Source: Candidatus Hecatella orcuttiae
GTDB taxonomy: Archaea; Thermoproteota; Bathyarchaeia; Hecatellales; Hecatellaceae
Assembly (NCBI GenBank): GCA_002011035.2
Contig: MTLY02000001.1
Span: forward strand, 96,001-160,000
Length of the DNA stretch: 64,000 nucleotides
Direction: 5' to 3'
Part shown: piece by piece, positions 10,474 through 19,978 of the stretch
Layout: every line of letters begins with the position of its first letter
Position numbering within the stretch: position 1 is the stretch's first letter
Notes under the pieces: generated by a model
Seen by the model: the letters and a program-made list of their open reading frames with translations, nothing else
Database searches by the model: none
Told to the model about the DNA's origin: nothing
Position numbers and translations under genes: made by a program

Positions 10474-10836
10474 TCATCTGAGGAAAAATCTAACCAAGCT
10501 GAGGGCTTTTTTGTGGGAGTTGGCTACTATTTCTCCTAGACGTTTAAATTTCGTTCCGTCGACGATGGACCCGGATACCTCGTACCTGTGAAAAGTGTAG
10601 GCTTCTTGCGGGTCCATTTCTCCCAGCAGTATTTTTGTAAAATACTCTGGGTCGGACTTTATGGTTACATCAGGGTTTTCACTCTTCCCGTCGAAGAAGG
10701 CGATCTTCCCATCCTTGACCTGAACGAAAAAGCGTTCCCTGTCCCCTATTTCAAATTGGATGGTGGCGTCCCAAGATTCCATGAAATCTTTTGCTTCCTT
10801 GGTTCGATTAGCAAGCCATGTAAGCGCCTTGACCAT
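10474..10836 (-). CDS. SCP2 sterol/lipid-binding domain protein
   Basis: TIQFEI, V.VKDGK, PDVTI, G.MDPQEAY...Y.VSG pattern. Confidence 0.75.
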   Translation of the reverse strand: MVKALTWLANRTKEAKDFMESWDATIQFEIGDRERFFVQVKDGKIAFFDGKSENPDVTIKSDPEYFTKILLGEMDPQEAYTFHRYEVSGSIVDGTKFKRLGEIVANSHKKALSLVRFFLR

Positions 10837-10944
10837 CAGCTTGCTTTTAGCCAGTTTCTTTCCCTCGGGTTTCTTTAAAAATAAGTGGTGGGCGTGATAT
10901 TTACTTTGCTGAAATGCTCCCTTGAACCCTGTGGGTTAGGCTTA

Positions 10945-10971
10945 AAATCCTATAAATCCTATAAAGGATTT
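10945..10971. promoter_or_regulatory. Candidate operator: tandem 9-mer plus 7-4-7 inverted repeat
   Basis: AAATCCTAT twice, and AAATCCT-ATAA-AGGATTT, between the divergent SCP2 and hydantoinase genes. Confidence 0.4.
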
Positions 10972-11040
10972 CATAATCTAAACATGGGCGAGTTAATCTA
11001 GGCGAGAGGGAAAGAATAGGAGGAGGCTAGGGTTGGAGAT

Positions 11041-13122
11041 TTGAAATGCGTCGGGGTGGATGTGGGGGGAACCTTTACAGACCTTATTCTCATGGACGAC
11101 GAGAAAGGTACCGTCTTCACCCACAAAGTCCCTTCTACCCCCCGCGACCCTTCCGTGGGAACGCTCAACGGCTTGCTGGAGCTGTGTAAAACGGCTGATG
11201 TTCAGCCTTCCGAGATCAGCCTATTCTTCCACGGGACAACCGAAGCCACAAACATTGTGATAGAGCACCGCGGCGCCAAAACCGGGATGATAACCACCAA
11301 GGGCTTCAGGGACATCGTTTACATAGGAAGACAGAAGAGATATCTCACCTACTCCGTCCAGATAGACCCGCCTTGGCAGAAGCACCCCTTAGTTCTGAGG
11401 AGATACCGACTTCCTGTGACCGAGAGGATAGGCGCTGACGGGAAAGTGCTTGTTCCCTTGGATGAAGAAGAAGTAGCAGAAGCCATTAGAAAGCTGAAGA
11501 AAGAAAAAGTCGTCTCCATAGCGGTGTGCTTTCTGAACTCTTACATCAACCCTGTTCACGAGGATAGAGTTCAACGGTTGATAGCGGAAATCTACCCAGA
11601 AGCCTACGTTTCACTAAGCCACGGCATCATCAACCAGTACAGGGAGTATGAGCGGTTTAACACCACCTGCCTCAACGCTTACATCGGCCCTGTTGTTGCC
11701 AAGTACATAAAAAACCTCAAACAGGCTCTGCGTTCTAGAGGTGTGGAGGCGGAACTGCTCCTAATGCAGTCTAGCGGAGGAACCGCTTCCACTGCGTGGG
11801 CGGTTGAGAAGCCTGTTACCCTTCTGACCTCCGGACCTGCAGCCGGGCTCATTGCCGGCACGAAATTCGGCCAGCTAGCCGGCTTCGAAAACATCATCAC
11901 CTTGGATGTGGGAGGAACATCGGCGGACATCGGCGTTTCACCCCGTGGAGTAATGAGGTACAAGTATCTGCTGGACACCAAGATCAGAGGCTACCATGCT
12001 ATGCTGCCCACTTTGGACGTGGATACCATAGGCGCTGGAGGCGGCTCCGTCGCCCACGTGGAGCAGGGAGTCTACAAAGTCGGTCCCAGAAGCGCTGGAG
12101 CGAAGCCGGGTCCCGCATGTTATGGCCTAGGAGGCGTGGAGCCCACCGTCACCGACGCTCACATAGTGGCTGGGAGGCTTAACCCCGACTACATGCTTGG
12201 AGGAAGAGTGAAGGTCTATCCTCAACGGTCTAAAAAGGTCTTTGAAGAAAAAGTCTGCCATGTTCTCGGCTTGAAGTTAGAGGAGGCGGTTCTCGGGGCC
12301 ATCAGGATAGTCAACCACAACATGACCTTAGCCATGGAGATGAACAGTATAGGCCGAGGCTACGACCCCCGGGATTTCGCCCTTGTAGCCTTCGGGGGGG
12401 CAGGGCCTCTTCATGCCTGTGAAATTGCGCGGGAGCTGGCGATTCCCCACATTGTCGTGCCTCCTCTGCCGGGAATAACCTCCGCCATAGGCTTGCTTTT
12501 GGCTGACGTTTCCTACGATTATTCCATGACCATAATGCAGGCTTCCAAAGGCTTAGACCCTGAAAAATTGGAAGAACATTTCACCGAGTTGGAGGAGAAA
12601 GCCTATCAGAGGCTGAGGGGCGACGGCTTTGCCGACGATAAAATCTCCATTCATAGAATTGCGGAATGCCGGTACAGAGGCCAGAGCTACGAGCTTCGAG
12701 TCCCCCTCCACACAGCCGGGGCGGCTGAAGAGACGTTGAAAAACTTGGTTCAGGAATTCCACCGAACTCACCATAGGGAGTACGGCGTAAGCTTCCCTGA
12801 AAGAGAAATTGAAATCGTTCACATTCATGTCCTTGGAGTTGGAAAGACATCTCCCTTCGTTTGGAAAAGGATAGAAAGAGGGACAGAGAAACCGGACAGC
12901 GCCCTGAAAGCAGAGAGGAAAGTCCTGTTCGAGGTTGACGGTGAACCTCAATGGGTGCAAACGCCTTGCTATGAAAGAGGAGACCTTAGGGCTGGAAATG
13001 TGGTTAAGGGCCCTGCGATAGTGGAGCAGCCGGACTCCACTACGCTGATAGACTTCGGCTACAAGGCGGAGGTGGACGATTACGGAAACCTTATCATTAA
13101 GGCGGAGAGTGAAGAACACTGA
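11041..13122 (+). CDS. hyuA: Hydantoinase/oxoprolinase subunit A (ATP-dependent lactamase/carboxylase family)
   Basis: DVGGTFTD, HGTT, SGPAAG, DVGGTSAD, IGAGGGS, SAGA.PGPACYG, FGGAG. Confidence 0.92.
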   Translation: MKCVGVDVGGTFTDLILMDDEKGTVFTHKVPSTPRDPSVGTLNGLLELCKTADVQPSEISLFFHGTTEATNIVIEHRGAKTGMITTKGFRDIVYIGRQKRYLTYSVQIDPPWQKHPLVLRRYRLPVTERIGADGKVLVPLDEEEVAEAIRKLKKEKVVSIAVCFLNSYINPVHEDRVQRLIAEIYPEAYVSLSHGIINQYREYERFNTTCLNAYIGPVVAKYIKNLKQALRSRGVEAELLLMQSSGGTASTAWAVEKPVTLLTSGPAAGLIAGTKFGQLAGFENIITLDVGGTSADIGVSPRGVMRYKYLLDTKIRGYHAMLPTLDVDTIGAGGGSVAHVEQGVYKVGPRSAGAKPGPACYGLGGVEPTVTDAHIVAGRLNPDYMLGGRVKVYPQRSKKVFEEKVCHVLGLKLEEAVLGAIRIVNHNMTLAMEMNSIGRGYDPRDFALVAFGGAGPLHACEIARELAIPHIVVPPLPGITSAIGLLLADVSYDYSMTIMQASKGLDPEKLEEHFTELEEKAYQRLRGDGFADDKISIHRIAECRYRGQSYELRVPLHTAGAAEETLKNLVQEFHRTHHREYGVSFPEREIEIVHIHVLGVGKTSPFVWKRIERGTEKPDSALKAERKVLFEVDGEPQWVQTPCYERGDLRAGNVVKGPAIVEQPDSTTLIDFGYKAEVDDYGNLIIKAESEEH

Positions 13123-13124
13123 CG

Positions 13125-14900
13125 GTGAAAAATCATAGTAAAATAGACCCTGTTACCCTCAGAGTTTTAGGCGGAGCCTTTGACACCATAGCCAAGGAGA
13201 TGGCACTCCACCAGTATCGGATGGCCCACTGCACGCTGGTCACGGAGTCGGAAGACTTGGGCTGCGGCCTCTTCATGCCTGATGGTAGACAGATAGCGGA
13301 GAGCGGAAACTCTCCTCTCCACTGTGGCTCCATCGGAGGCTACATTCGAGGGGTCTTGAAGAAGCTGGAGGGAGATATCCAAGAAGGCGATGTGATAGCC
13401 CACAACAACCCCTACATGGGGGCATCCCACACCCCGGACGTGGGCATCATCATCCCCATCTTCCACGAAGACCGCCTGATAGGTTTTGCCGGCAGCACCT
13501 CCCACTGGGTGGACATAGGCGGCTCCCAGCCAGGCATCAACTTGGACGCCTTGGACATGTGGGCGGAGGGTATCATCTTCAGCGGAGCCAAACTCTACGA
13601 GGCGGGAAAAAGAAACGAGCAGCTGTGGGAGTTCATATGGAACAATGTCCGCACACCCCACGAGAACCGAGGGGACTGCCTCGCCCAGATAGCCGCTTGC
13701 CAGTTCGGGAAACGCCGATTTCTAGAGCTTGTCCGACGCTACGGCTACGAGACTGTGATGGCTGCAGCGGAACGGTGGATGGACTACGCGGAGGAAGCCC
13801 TCCGCCTCAGAGTCAAAGCGGTTCCTCCGGGGGCTTACTTCGCCGAAGGATGGTTGGATGATGATGGAAAGAACAGGGGCAAACGCCTCAGGGTAGCGAC
13901 TAAAGTCATCGTGAGCGAGGACGGAGGTCTCACCGTGGACCTCACAGGCTCAGCATCCGAGACGGAGACAGGTTTCAACTGCCCCTTCTACGGGGCTACC
14001 TGCGTGGGGGTCTACGCTGCTGTCAGGTCCATCTTCTTGGACGAGTACACGTTGGAGGAGCCCGTTCCCCAGAACGAGGGAATCTTCCGGGCGGTTCGGG
14101 TGGTGGCTCCTTTGGGCTCTATGTTCAATCCCCGCTTCCCTAAGGGTACCTTCGCCCGGCTGACTCAGATCCAGAGGGTGGCGGACAACATTCTCAAGGC
14201 CTTAGCTCCCGTCCTCCCTGAACCTATGAGGAGCGCAGGCACCTCCGCCCATATTCACTGGCTTTCCTACTCAGGCTTCCGGCCTGACACGGGGGACTAC
14301 TGGGTGCACCTGGAGCCGGAGGCAGGCGGCTCTTTCGGAGGCAGGCATGGGAGGGATGGAAGCGACGCCACGGCTGTTCTTTGCACCAACACCCGAAATG
14401 TGCCCATAGAGCACATGGAGAAGATGTTCCCTCTCCGGTGTGAGCGATACGAACTCCGAGACGAGCCTCCCGCAGCCGGCAGATGGCGGTCGGGGCTGGG
14501 GATTGTTAGGGTCAACAGGGTTCTCGCCCCCACCATCGTGTCCTGCGAGGGAGATAGGCATTTTGATCCCCCTTGGGGCGTCTTAGGCGGAAAGCAAGGC
14601 CGCCCGGGCAGTTTAACGAAGATTGGACGTGGAGGGAAGCGGGAACCTTGGCCTTCCAAGTTCACCGGGTGGAGGCTGGAGGCTGGGGAAGCCTTGGAGA
14701 TAAAGACTCCCGTTGGGGGAGGCTATGGGGACCCCTACCAGCGAGACCCTCAAAAAGTGCTGGACGACGTGTTAGACGGCTACATAAGCTTAGAAACAGC
14801 CAAATCCGACTACGGAGTGGTTATCAATCCCCAAACTATGCAGGTGGATACCAAAGCTTCTGAGAAGCTTCGGAAATCTTTCAAATTTAGCAAACAGTAA
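13125..14900 (+). CDS. hyuB: Hydantoinase B/oxoprolinase subunit
   Basis: NNPY.GASHTPD, HWVDIGG, TNTRN.PIE, PWG..GG..G, GGGYGDP. Confidence 0.92.
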   Translation: MKNHSKIDPVTLRVLGGAFDTIAKEMALHQYRMAHCTLVTESEDLGCGLFMPDGRQIAESGNSPLHCGSIGGYIRGVLKKLEGDIQEGDVIAHNNPYMGASHTPDVGIIIPIFHEDRLIGFAGSTSHWVDIGGSQPGINLDALDMWAEGIIFSGAKLYEAGKRNEQLWEFIWNNVRTPHENRGDCLAQIAACQFGKRRFLELVRRYGYETVMAAAERWMDYAEEALRLRVKAVPPGAYFAEGWLDDDGKNRGKRLRVATKVIVSEDGGLTVDLTGSASETETGFNCPFYGATCVGVYAAVRSIFLDEYTLEEPVPQNEGIFRAVRVVAPLGSMFNPRFPKGTFARLTQIQRVADNILKALAPVLPEPMRSAGTSAHIHWLSYSGFRPDTGDYWVHLEPEAGGSFGGRHGRDGSDATAVLCTNTRNVPIEHMEKMFPLRCERYELRDEPPAAGRWRSGLGIVRVNRVLAPTIVSCEGDRHFDPPWGVLGGKQGRPGSLTKIGRGGKREPWPSKFTGWRLEAGEALEIKTPVGGGYGDPYQRDPQKVLDDVLDGYISLETAKSDYGVVINPQTMQVDTKASEKLRKSFKFSKQ

Positions 14901-15016
14901 ACATGACCTCCAATCAAAAAGATAAACTACCGCCGATATATCACCTGAGTTTATTGGTGGGTTCAGGGTCAAAAAGACAAGAACCCTTATCCAAAAAAAG
15001 TAATGTTGAGATGTTC

Positions 15017-15496
15017 TCATCTACGCGGCTTGATTCCCGTTGCCGATAGGTCTTTTTCAAATGCGGAGTCAGTCACGGCTACCTTTTTACCTGTGCTTTT
15101 TGAGTATATTGCTTGGGCGATGATCCCCCAAGGACATGTTACGTCTTTAGGCTTCAACAGTTCATGCACTTTTCCGTCACGGTTAAGGGCACATCCTTCA
15201 ATCTTTAACATATACTCTTCTTCAGACTGTTTCTCTATAACGGATTTTTTGACAAGCCCCCGCATCATAAGCCGCTTCGCATAGTTTTCCATGACCTCGT
15301 CCACGTTTCGGCCTTCACTCAAAGAGACACCTATTTTTCTGTGGAGTTTATTTATAGTATCGATCACGGGATCAACAAAGATAGCGTCGCCTGTACGCAG
15401 AATGTCTCGAACTGATTTCTGGTAAGCGAAAAGTATAGAATGTAAAAGCACAACCGCTTCTTCTAATGCAATTTTTTTGTGCTTTTTTATCCCCAA
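15017..15496 (-). CDS. Hypothetical protein, V4R/methanogen-output-like ligand-binding fold
   Basis: Helical N-terminus, then KIEGC...TCPW Cys pair and terminal beta strands; own TATA at about 15529-15545. Confidence 0.55.
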   Translation of the reverse strand: MGIKKHKKIALEEAVVLLHSILFAYQKSVRDILRTGDAIFVDPVIDTINKLHRKIGVSLSEGRNVDEVMENYAKRLMMRGLVKKSVIEKQSEEEYMLKIEGCALNRDGKVHELLKPKDVTCPWGIIAQAIYSKSTGKKVAVTDSAFEKDLSATGIKPRR

Positions 15497-15619
15497 ATCT
15501 TAAACCTCTATACTTAGATAAAAAGTGGCATATATATGTTTTCTAAAAAAATGATCATACGACGTAAAAAAGGCGGCTGAACATCCAGCCTATAAAGAAA
15601 AAGAAAGGCTGTTTTTCGC

Positions 15620-16840
15620 TCAGACGATGGTTATTTCTTCCACAGGCCACTTGGAGAGAACTTCAACTCCGGAGGATGTGACAGCTACCATCTCCTCGAT
15701 TCTCACACCTCCGTCTTTCCATGTTCCCTGCTGAGTTTCTAGGGCGAAGGTCATACCCTCCTTCAAGGTTACGGGAAACTCCCTAGACCATATTCTCGTT
15801 ATGGTAGGCGGCTCATAGAGAGCTAACCCCAAGCCGTGACCCCACTCATTGGCAATAGCCTCCCATTCCGAGTCGTAGCCCCATTCTTTGGTGGCGTCAG
15901 GCCAGTCGCTCACTAAGTCGGCGGTAGTCGCTCCCGGCTTAATTTTCCTGATGGCGGAGTATATCCATTCGTAGGCCTCCCGGTAGAACTCTTTTATCTT
16001 AGGCGACGGCTGCCCCAAGGAGAAAGTCCGATAATAGCATGTCTTGTATCCGTTGTAGCTGGCGCCTCCGATGTCGAAGGTCACCGTGTCCCCGGGGCGG
16101 ATGATTCTGTCTGTGTAAAATTTGAAGTTAGGCCAAGCATTGGGACCGGAGCATACGGTGAAGCCTATGATATCATCCATCCCCATCTCATAGCCTACCT
16201 TATACCCTAAAGCCGTGAGGTGAAGCTCCGTTATCCCCGGCTTCAAAGCCCTCCGAACCTCCTCCAAAATGGCTTCGCAGATGGCAGCTGCTATCTTCAG
16301 ACAATTCAATTCATCCTTGGTCTTTATGATGCGAGCGTCCAACATAGCTTGTTGGCAGTCGGTGACCTCGATTCCTTCATTCTGCAGAGCCCTCACCGAA
16401 ACGGCTTCAGGAACATCCAAACCGACTTTTTTCACACCTCGAGCAACCAATTCTTTCTTGATGTCAGCCGCCCATGTTCTGGCAATATGCTCAGTTAACG
16501 GTCCAGGCTGACCTCTCATCCAAGTGTAGGCATATTTCACCTCCGACAGCCACGAGCATTCAGCCTTTGTAATATGTCTGATGTCTCCATGCTCCCAAAG
16601 AACCGGGTCTTCATCCCGAACGAGAAGACAGTAACGCCAACCCGGCACCCTTATCATCCATGGCGGCGTAATCGTGCTGGTAATATATCGCACGTTGGTT
16701 GAATCCATGCAAAGCATAGCCTCCAGCCCATGAGCCTTCATGGAGGCTCTCGCCCTTTCCAAGCGTTCTCTCCTCATCCGCTCCACGTTAATGCCGTCTC
16801 TCCAATCGTAGGCAAATCTGCCGAACCTAATGTCAGACAT
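15620..16840 (-). CDS. M24 family (Xaa-Pro peptidase/creatinase/DddP-like) protein
   Basis: NVRYIT, ARIIKT.DE, GHGLGL..YEPP, GMTFALET, GVRIEE. Confidence 0.88.
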   Translation of the reverse strand: MSDIRFGRFAYDWRDGINVERMRRERLERARASMKAHGLEAMLCMDSTNVRYITSTITPPWMIRVPGWRYCLLVRDEDPVLWEHGDIRHITKAECSWLSEVKYAYTWMRGQPGPLTEHIARTWAADIKKELVARGVKKVGLDVPEAVSVRALQNEGIEVTDCQQAMLDARIIKTKDELNCLKIAAAICEAILEEVRRALKPGITELHLTALGYKVGYEMGMDDIIGFTVCSGPNAWPNFKFYTDRIIRPGDTVTFDIGGASYNGYKTCYYRTFSLGQPSPKIKEFYREAYEWIYSAIRKIKPGATTADLVSDWPDATKEWGYDSEWEAIANEWGHGLGLALYEPPTITRIWSREFPVTLKEGMTFALETQQGTWKDGGVRIEEMVAVTSSGVEVLSKWPVEEITIV

Positions 16841-17031
16841 ATTTCACACCTCAAATTTACAGATGAATAAAAGTAGCTTCCCAGCATATATGAAAGTTTC
16901 GACGAGACTACGCTTAGGTTCACCATTCGATCCACCAGACTATTCTGGCATGCGAGACCTCGCGGAACGCCGCAACTCCATCGGAATATTTAAAGTATCG
17001 GCAGTTCATCATAATGTATTGAGGTGAGACA

Positions 17032-17865
17032 TTGGAGCCAGCGAAACCAACGCCGCTAGTAAAGGAGCTAGTAGACCTAATCCGCAGCAGAACCGATGTC
17101 TCTTCCCTTCGGGTGGAAAGGGTGGTTGTCGGAGTTTTTTACACAGGCGTTAAACTGAACACAGGCCACGGAGGTGTCGCCTTTACTCCTATCCATGAAA
17201 TTCCCGACGCTGTCTGCTGCCCAAAATCCTTCGGTAAGATGCCTTCCTCAGGTCGGTTGACAGAGTTAAGCTTGGAGGAGGTTTTCGAGTACCCTTACAG
17301 CCGTAGTCCTTTGGTGAGCGCTGTAGGTGTCGCCGCCTTAAACGCTGTGTCCCAGAAGATAATCTCTGAAAAATCTGCAAAATACGATATCGTTTACGAT
17401 AAAGACGCCTTAGACTTGGCAGGGATAGGGCCTGAGGACACTGTGGCCATGATAGGGGCTTTTACTCCCTACATCAAACGTCTGAAAGGCAACGTCAAAA
17501 ACCTTTACGTGATCGAAAGAAATCCTAGGGCTTTATCAGGATTCGACTTGCATGTACATCCCGAGGAAGCGTCAAAGGACTTGCTGCTCAAAGCCGACGT
17601 GGTGATAGTCTCCGGGGCTTCCATTGTAAACCAGACCATAGACGGCATTCTAGGCTTGGCAAGTCAAGCAAGAGAGATAATATTATCCGGGCCCACTGCC
17701 AGCATGATGCCTGAACCCTTCTTCAAGCGAGGAGTCTCCGTTATGGGCGGAGTTAAAATCGACAACGCCGACCGAATGCTGGAGATAGTATCCCAAGCCG
17801 GCTCTGCTTATACGCTCTTCAAGGAATGCGCTGTTAAGATGGCGGTTAGAAAACCGTTGTCCTGA
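17032..17865 (+). CDS. DUF364/DUF4213 Rossmann-like protein (putative metal chelation)
   Basis: VGVFYTGV, AVGVAALNA, MIGAF.P, SGASIVN.TID, GPTAS. Confidence 0.8.
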   Translation: MEPAKPTPLVKELVDLIRSRTDVSSLRVERVVVGVFYTGVKLNTGHGGVAFTPIHEIPDAVCCPKSFGKMPSSGRLTELSLEEVFEYPYSRSPLVSAVGVAALNAVSQKIISEKSAKYDIVYDKDALDLAGIGPEDTVAMIGAFTPYIKRLKGNVKNLYVIERNPRALSGFDLHVHPEEASKDLLLKADVVIVSGASIVNQTIDGILGLASQAREIILSGPTASMMPEPFFKRGVSVMGGVKIDNADRMLEIVSQAGSAYTLFKECAVKMAVRKPLS

Positions 17866-17927
17866 AGATCAGAGGGTCTTCGTATTCGCATATACCTCGG
17901 AAGCCGTGTTCAAGCGGAATCCAAGAC

Positions 17928-18653
17928 TTGGATGCAGAAAATATGTTGACAGCACGGTTAACCTTATCTTTTCTTCTAGGGGTTCTCGCAGTGGGCAACC
18001 CCTGCGCGCTCCCTCTCTACCCCGGTTTTCTGGCGTATCTAGCCAACAAGAGTAAACATTTAGGAGAAAAGCGTTACGAGGTCTTCTTGGGAGTAATAGT
18101 CCTCTTCGGAGTTCTCTCCGCCATGCTCTTGATAGGAATGCTGGTCGCGGTTCTCGCAACCACTCTGAGCAACATACTGAGAGTTGCTGTGCCTCTTGTA
18201 AACATTATGCTTCTAATCCTCGGCATGACTCTCTTGCTAAACATGAACATCGGACAGATGTTTCCCTCAGTTTCCGCTCCTATCTTCACCAACCCGTTTT
18301 CCACAGCTTATTTCTACGGTTTCCTCTTCGGCCCCATCGTCCTCCCCTGTAGCGCTCCATTGGTTCTTTCAGTGTTTCTTCTCTCTGCTACTCTTCATGA
18401 TTTTGCAGCTAGGTTCCTCCTTTTCATAGCCTTCGGGCTCGGGATCGGCTTTCCTCTTTTCCTAATCTCCCTCATCAGCCAGAAGGCAGGAGGCGGCTGG
18501 CTTATCCGGCAGTTTACATTTCATTATCAATCGATAAACAAAATCGCAGGGTTCATTCTCATCGGGCTGGCTGTCTATAACATGTTGTATTCAGCGCAGT
18601 TTATTCAAATATTTTCAACTAAAGCCCTCAAAATCACCATAGGATGGTTATAA
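17928..18653 (+). CDS. ccdA: CcdA/DsbD-type transmembrane thiol-disulfide transporter
   Basis: NPCALPL.P and PCSAP Cys pair in TM segments; six TM helices. Confidence 0.8.
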   Translation: MDAENMLTARLTLSFLLGVLAVGNPCALPLYPGFLAYLANKSKHLGEKRYEVFLGVIVLFGVLSAMLLIGMLVAVLATTLSNILRVAVPLVNIMLLILGMTLLLNMNIGQMFPSVSAPIFTNPFSTAYFYGFLFGPIVLPCSAPLVLSVFLLSATLHDFAARFLLFIAFGLGIGFPLFLISLISQKAGGGWLIRQFTFHYQSINKIAGFILIGLAVYNMLYSAQFIQIFSTKALKITIGWL

Positions 18654-18673
18654 TTGAGAAGATTTCAAAGCGA

Positions 18674-19786
18674 TTAACATTTCCAATCTACTTTAGGTTC
18701 GCCACGCCTTATTGTAACATTGATTAAGCTGACAATTACTATCAAAAGCCAAAGAGGCGAAAGGACAAAATAAAACAGTAGAAAACCTCCAAGATTAAAC
18801 GTGTATTTTAACTTCCGCGCGAAAAGGTAGTAGATGATAGAAACCGCTACGAAACTGACAAGGATAGCTAAGCTACTTCTTATGAAAAGCGCAGAAATGA
18901 AAATAAAGAATAGAGGATGAATGAGGAAGCCGAATTTCGATGCCAGAAGTAACAGAAATAGAGTTACGGACTTATGGTATAATAAGCTGGGGATCATAAA
19001 ATTCATCACTAATAAGATCAGCGAAGGGAACACAACAATTATCGCCGGTATCAAAACCTTAGGGTACCTGAGAATGATCCCCGCCAGATCCTTGTAGTAT
19101 TGCCTGATCCAGAGGGCGGCGCCTAATCCCCACCGTTTTCTCTGATTATACCATTTCTTCCAAGTTGATGGCACTTTCGTGAACGCTTCCACCTTATCGG
19201 AGAATTTGTACTTACACCCTTGGAGAAACGCTCTTAAGGCTATGTCCAGATCCTCTGAGATAACTCTGCGAAACCCTCCTAATTCTTCGAATGTTTTTCT
19301 TTTAATGGCGAAGGCAGAACCGTTTATTCCAACAGATTTACCCAAGCTTCTGGAGAAAAACCAGTTAGCGGTATTGGTGGCTAAAAATTCATAATCCACA
19401 ATCTTCGCTAGAAAAGAGTCTCTAAGGGCTTTTTTCTTAATATCCAGTAAATCAGCATTTTTCATTTCATCTACTATGGTTTTGAGAAAATTAGAGCTAG
19501 TATGCCCCAGCTTCATGTCACCGTCGAGGAAAAGGAGAATATCTCCCGATGACCGCTTGACGGCTTCATTCAACGCGTTAACTTTACCCATCCGCTCGTT
19601 GGAGAGGATAAAATTAGTGGTCTTCGACCATTTTTCGGCAAGCATTAAACTTTTTTCTGTTGGCTCATCTATCACCACAAAAACCTCTTTGGAGTTGTAG
19701 GAGTCAGCGGTGATCCTTTCCAGCAAAGGTTCAAGCAGTTCCGACTCTTGGTAGACAGGTATGAAGACATCGACCTTCGGATTCAT
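18674..19786 (-). CDS. GT2 family glycosyltransferase with C-terminal TM segments
   Basis: FIPVYQE, GK..ALN, LFLDGD, SEDLD, QRKRW. Confidence 0.88.
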   Translation of the reverse strand: MNPKVDVFIPVYQESELLEPLLERITADSYNSKEVFVVIDEPTEKSLMLAEKWSKTTNFILSNERMGKVNALNEAVKRSSGDILLFLDGDMKLGHTSSNFLKTIVDEMKNADLLDIKKKALRDSFLAKIVDYEFLATNTANWFFSRSLGKSVGINGSAFAIKRKTFEELGGFRRVISEDLDIALRAFLQGCKYKFSDKVEAFTKVPSTWKKWYNQRKRWGLGAALWIRQYYKDLAGIILRYPKVLIPAIIVVFPSLILLVMNFMIPSLLYHKSVTLFLLLLASKFGFLIHPLFFIFISALFIRSSLAILVSFVAVSIIYYLFARKLKYTFNLGGFLLFYFVLSPLWLLIVIVSLINVTIRRGEPKVDWKC

Positions 19787-19978
19787 CGGGGAACACTCAT
19801 TGAAGGAAGAGGTAGTGAAAGCGAAATAGCCTATTCACTCCCTCTCCCAAGCTATTCTGGAATAATAGAAAATTCAGGGAATACTTAAGCTATCCGCCAA
19901 AATTGGGCCTTAACCCAGGCTGTCCTAGTTTAAAAGCGCCTAAAAACAAAATAGATAAGCGCTACGTGGGTAAAAGCG

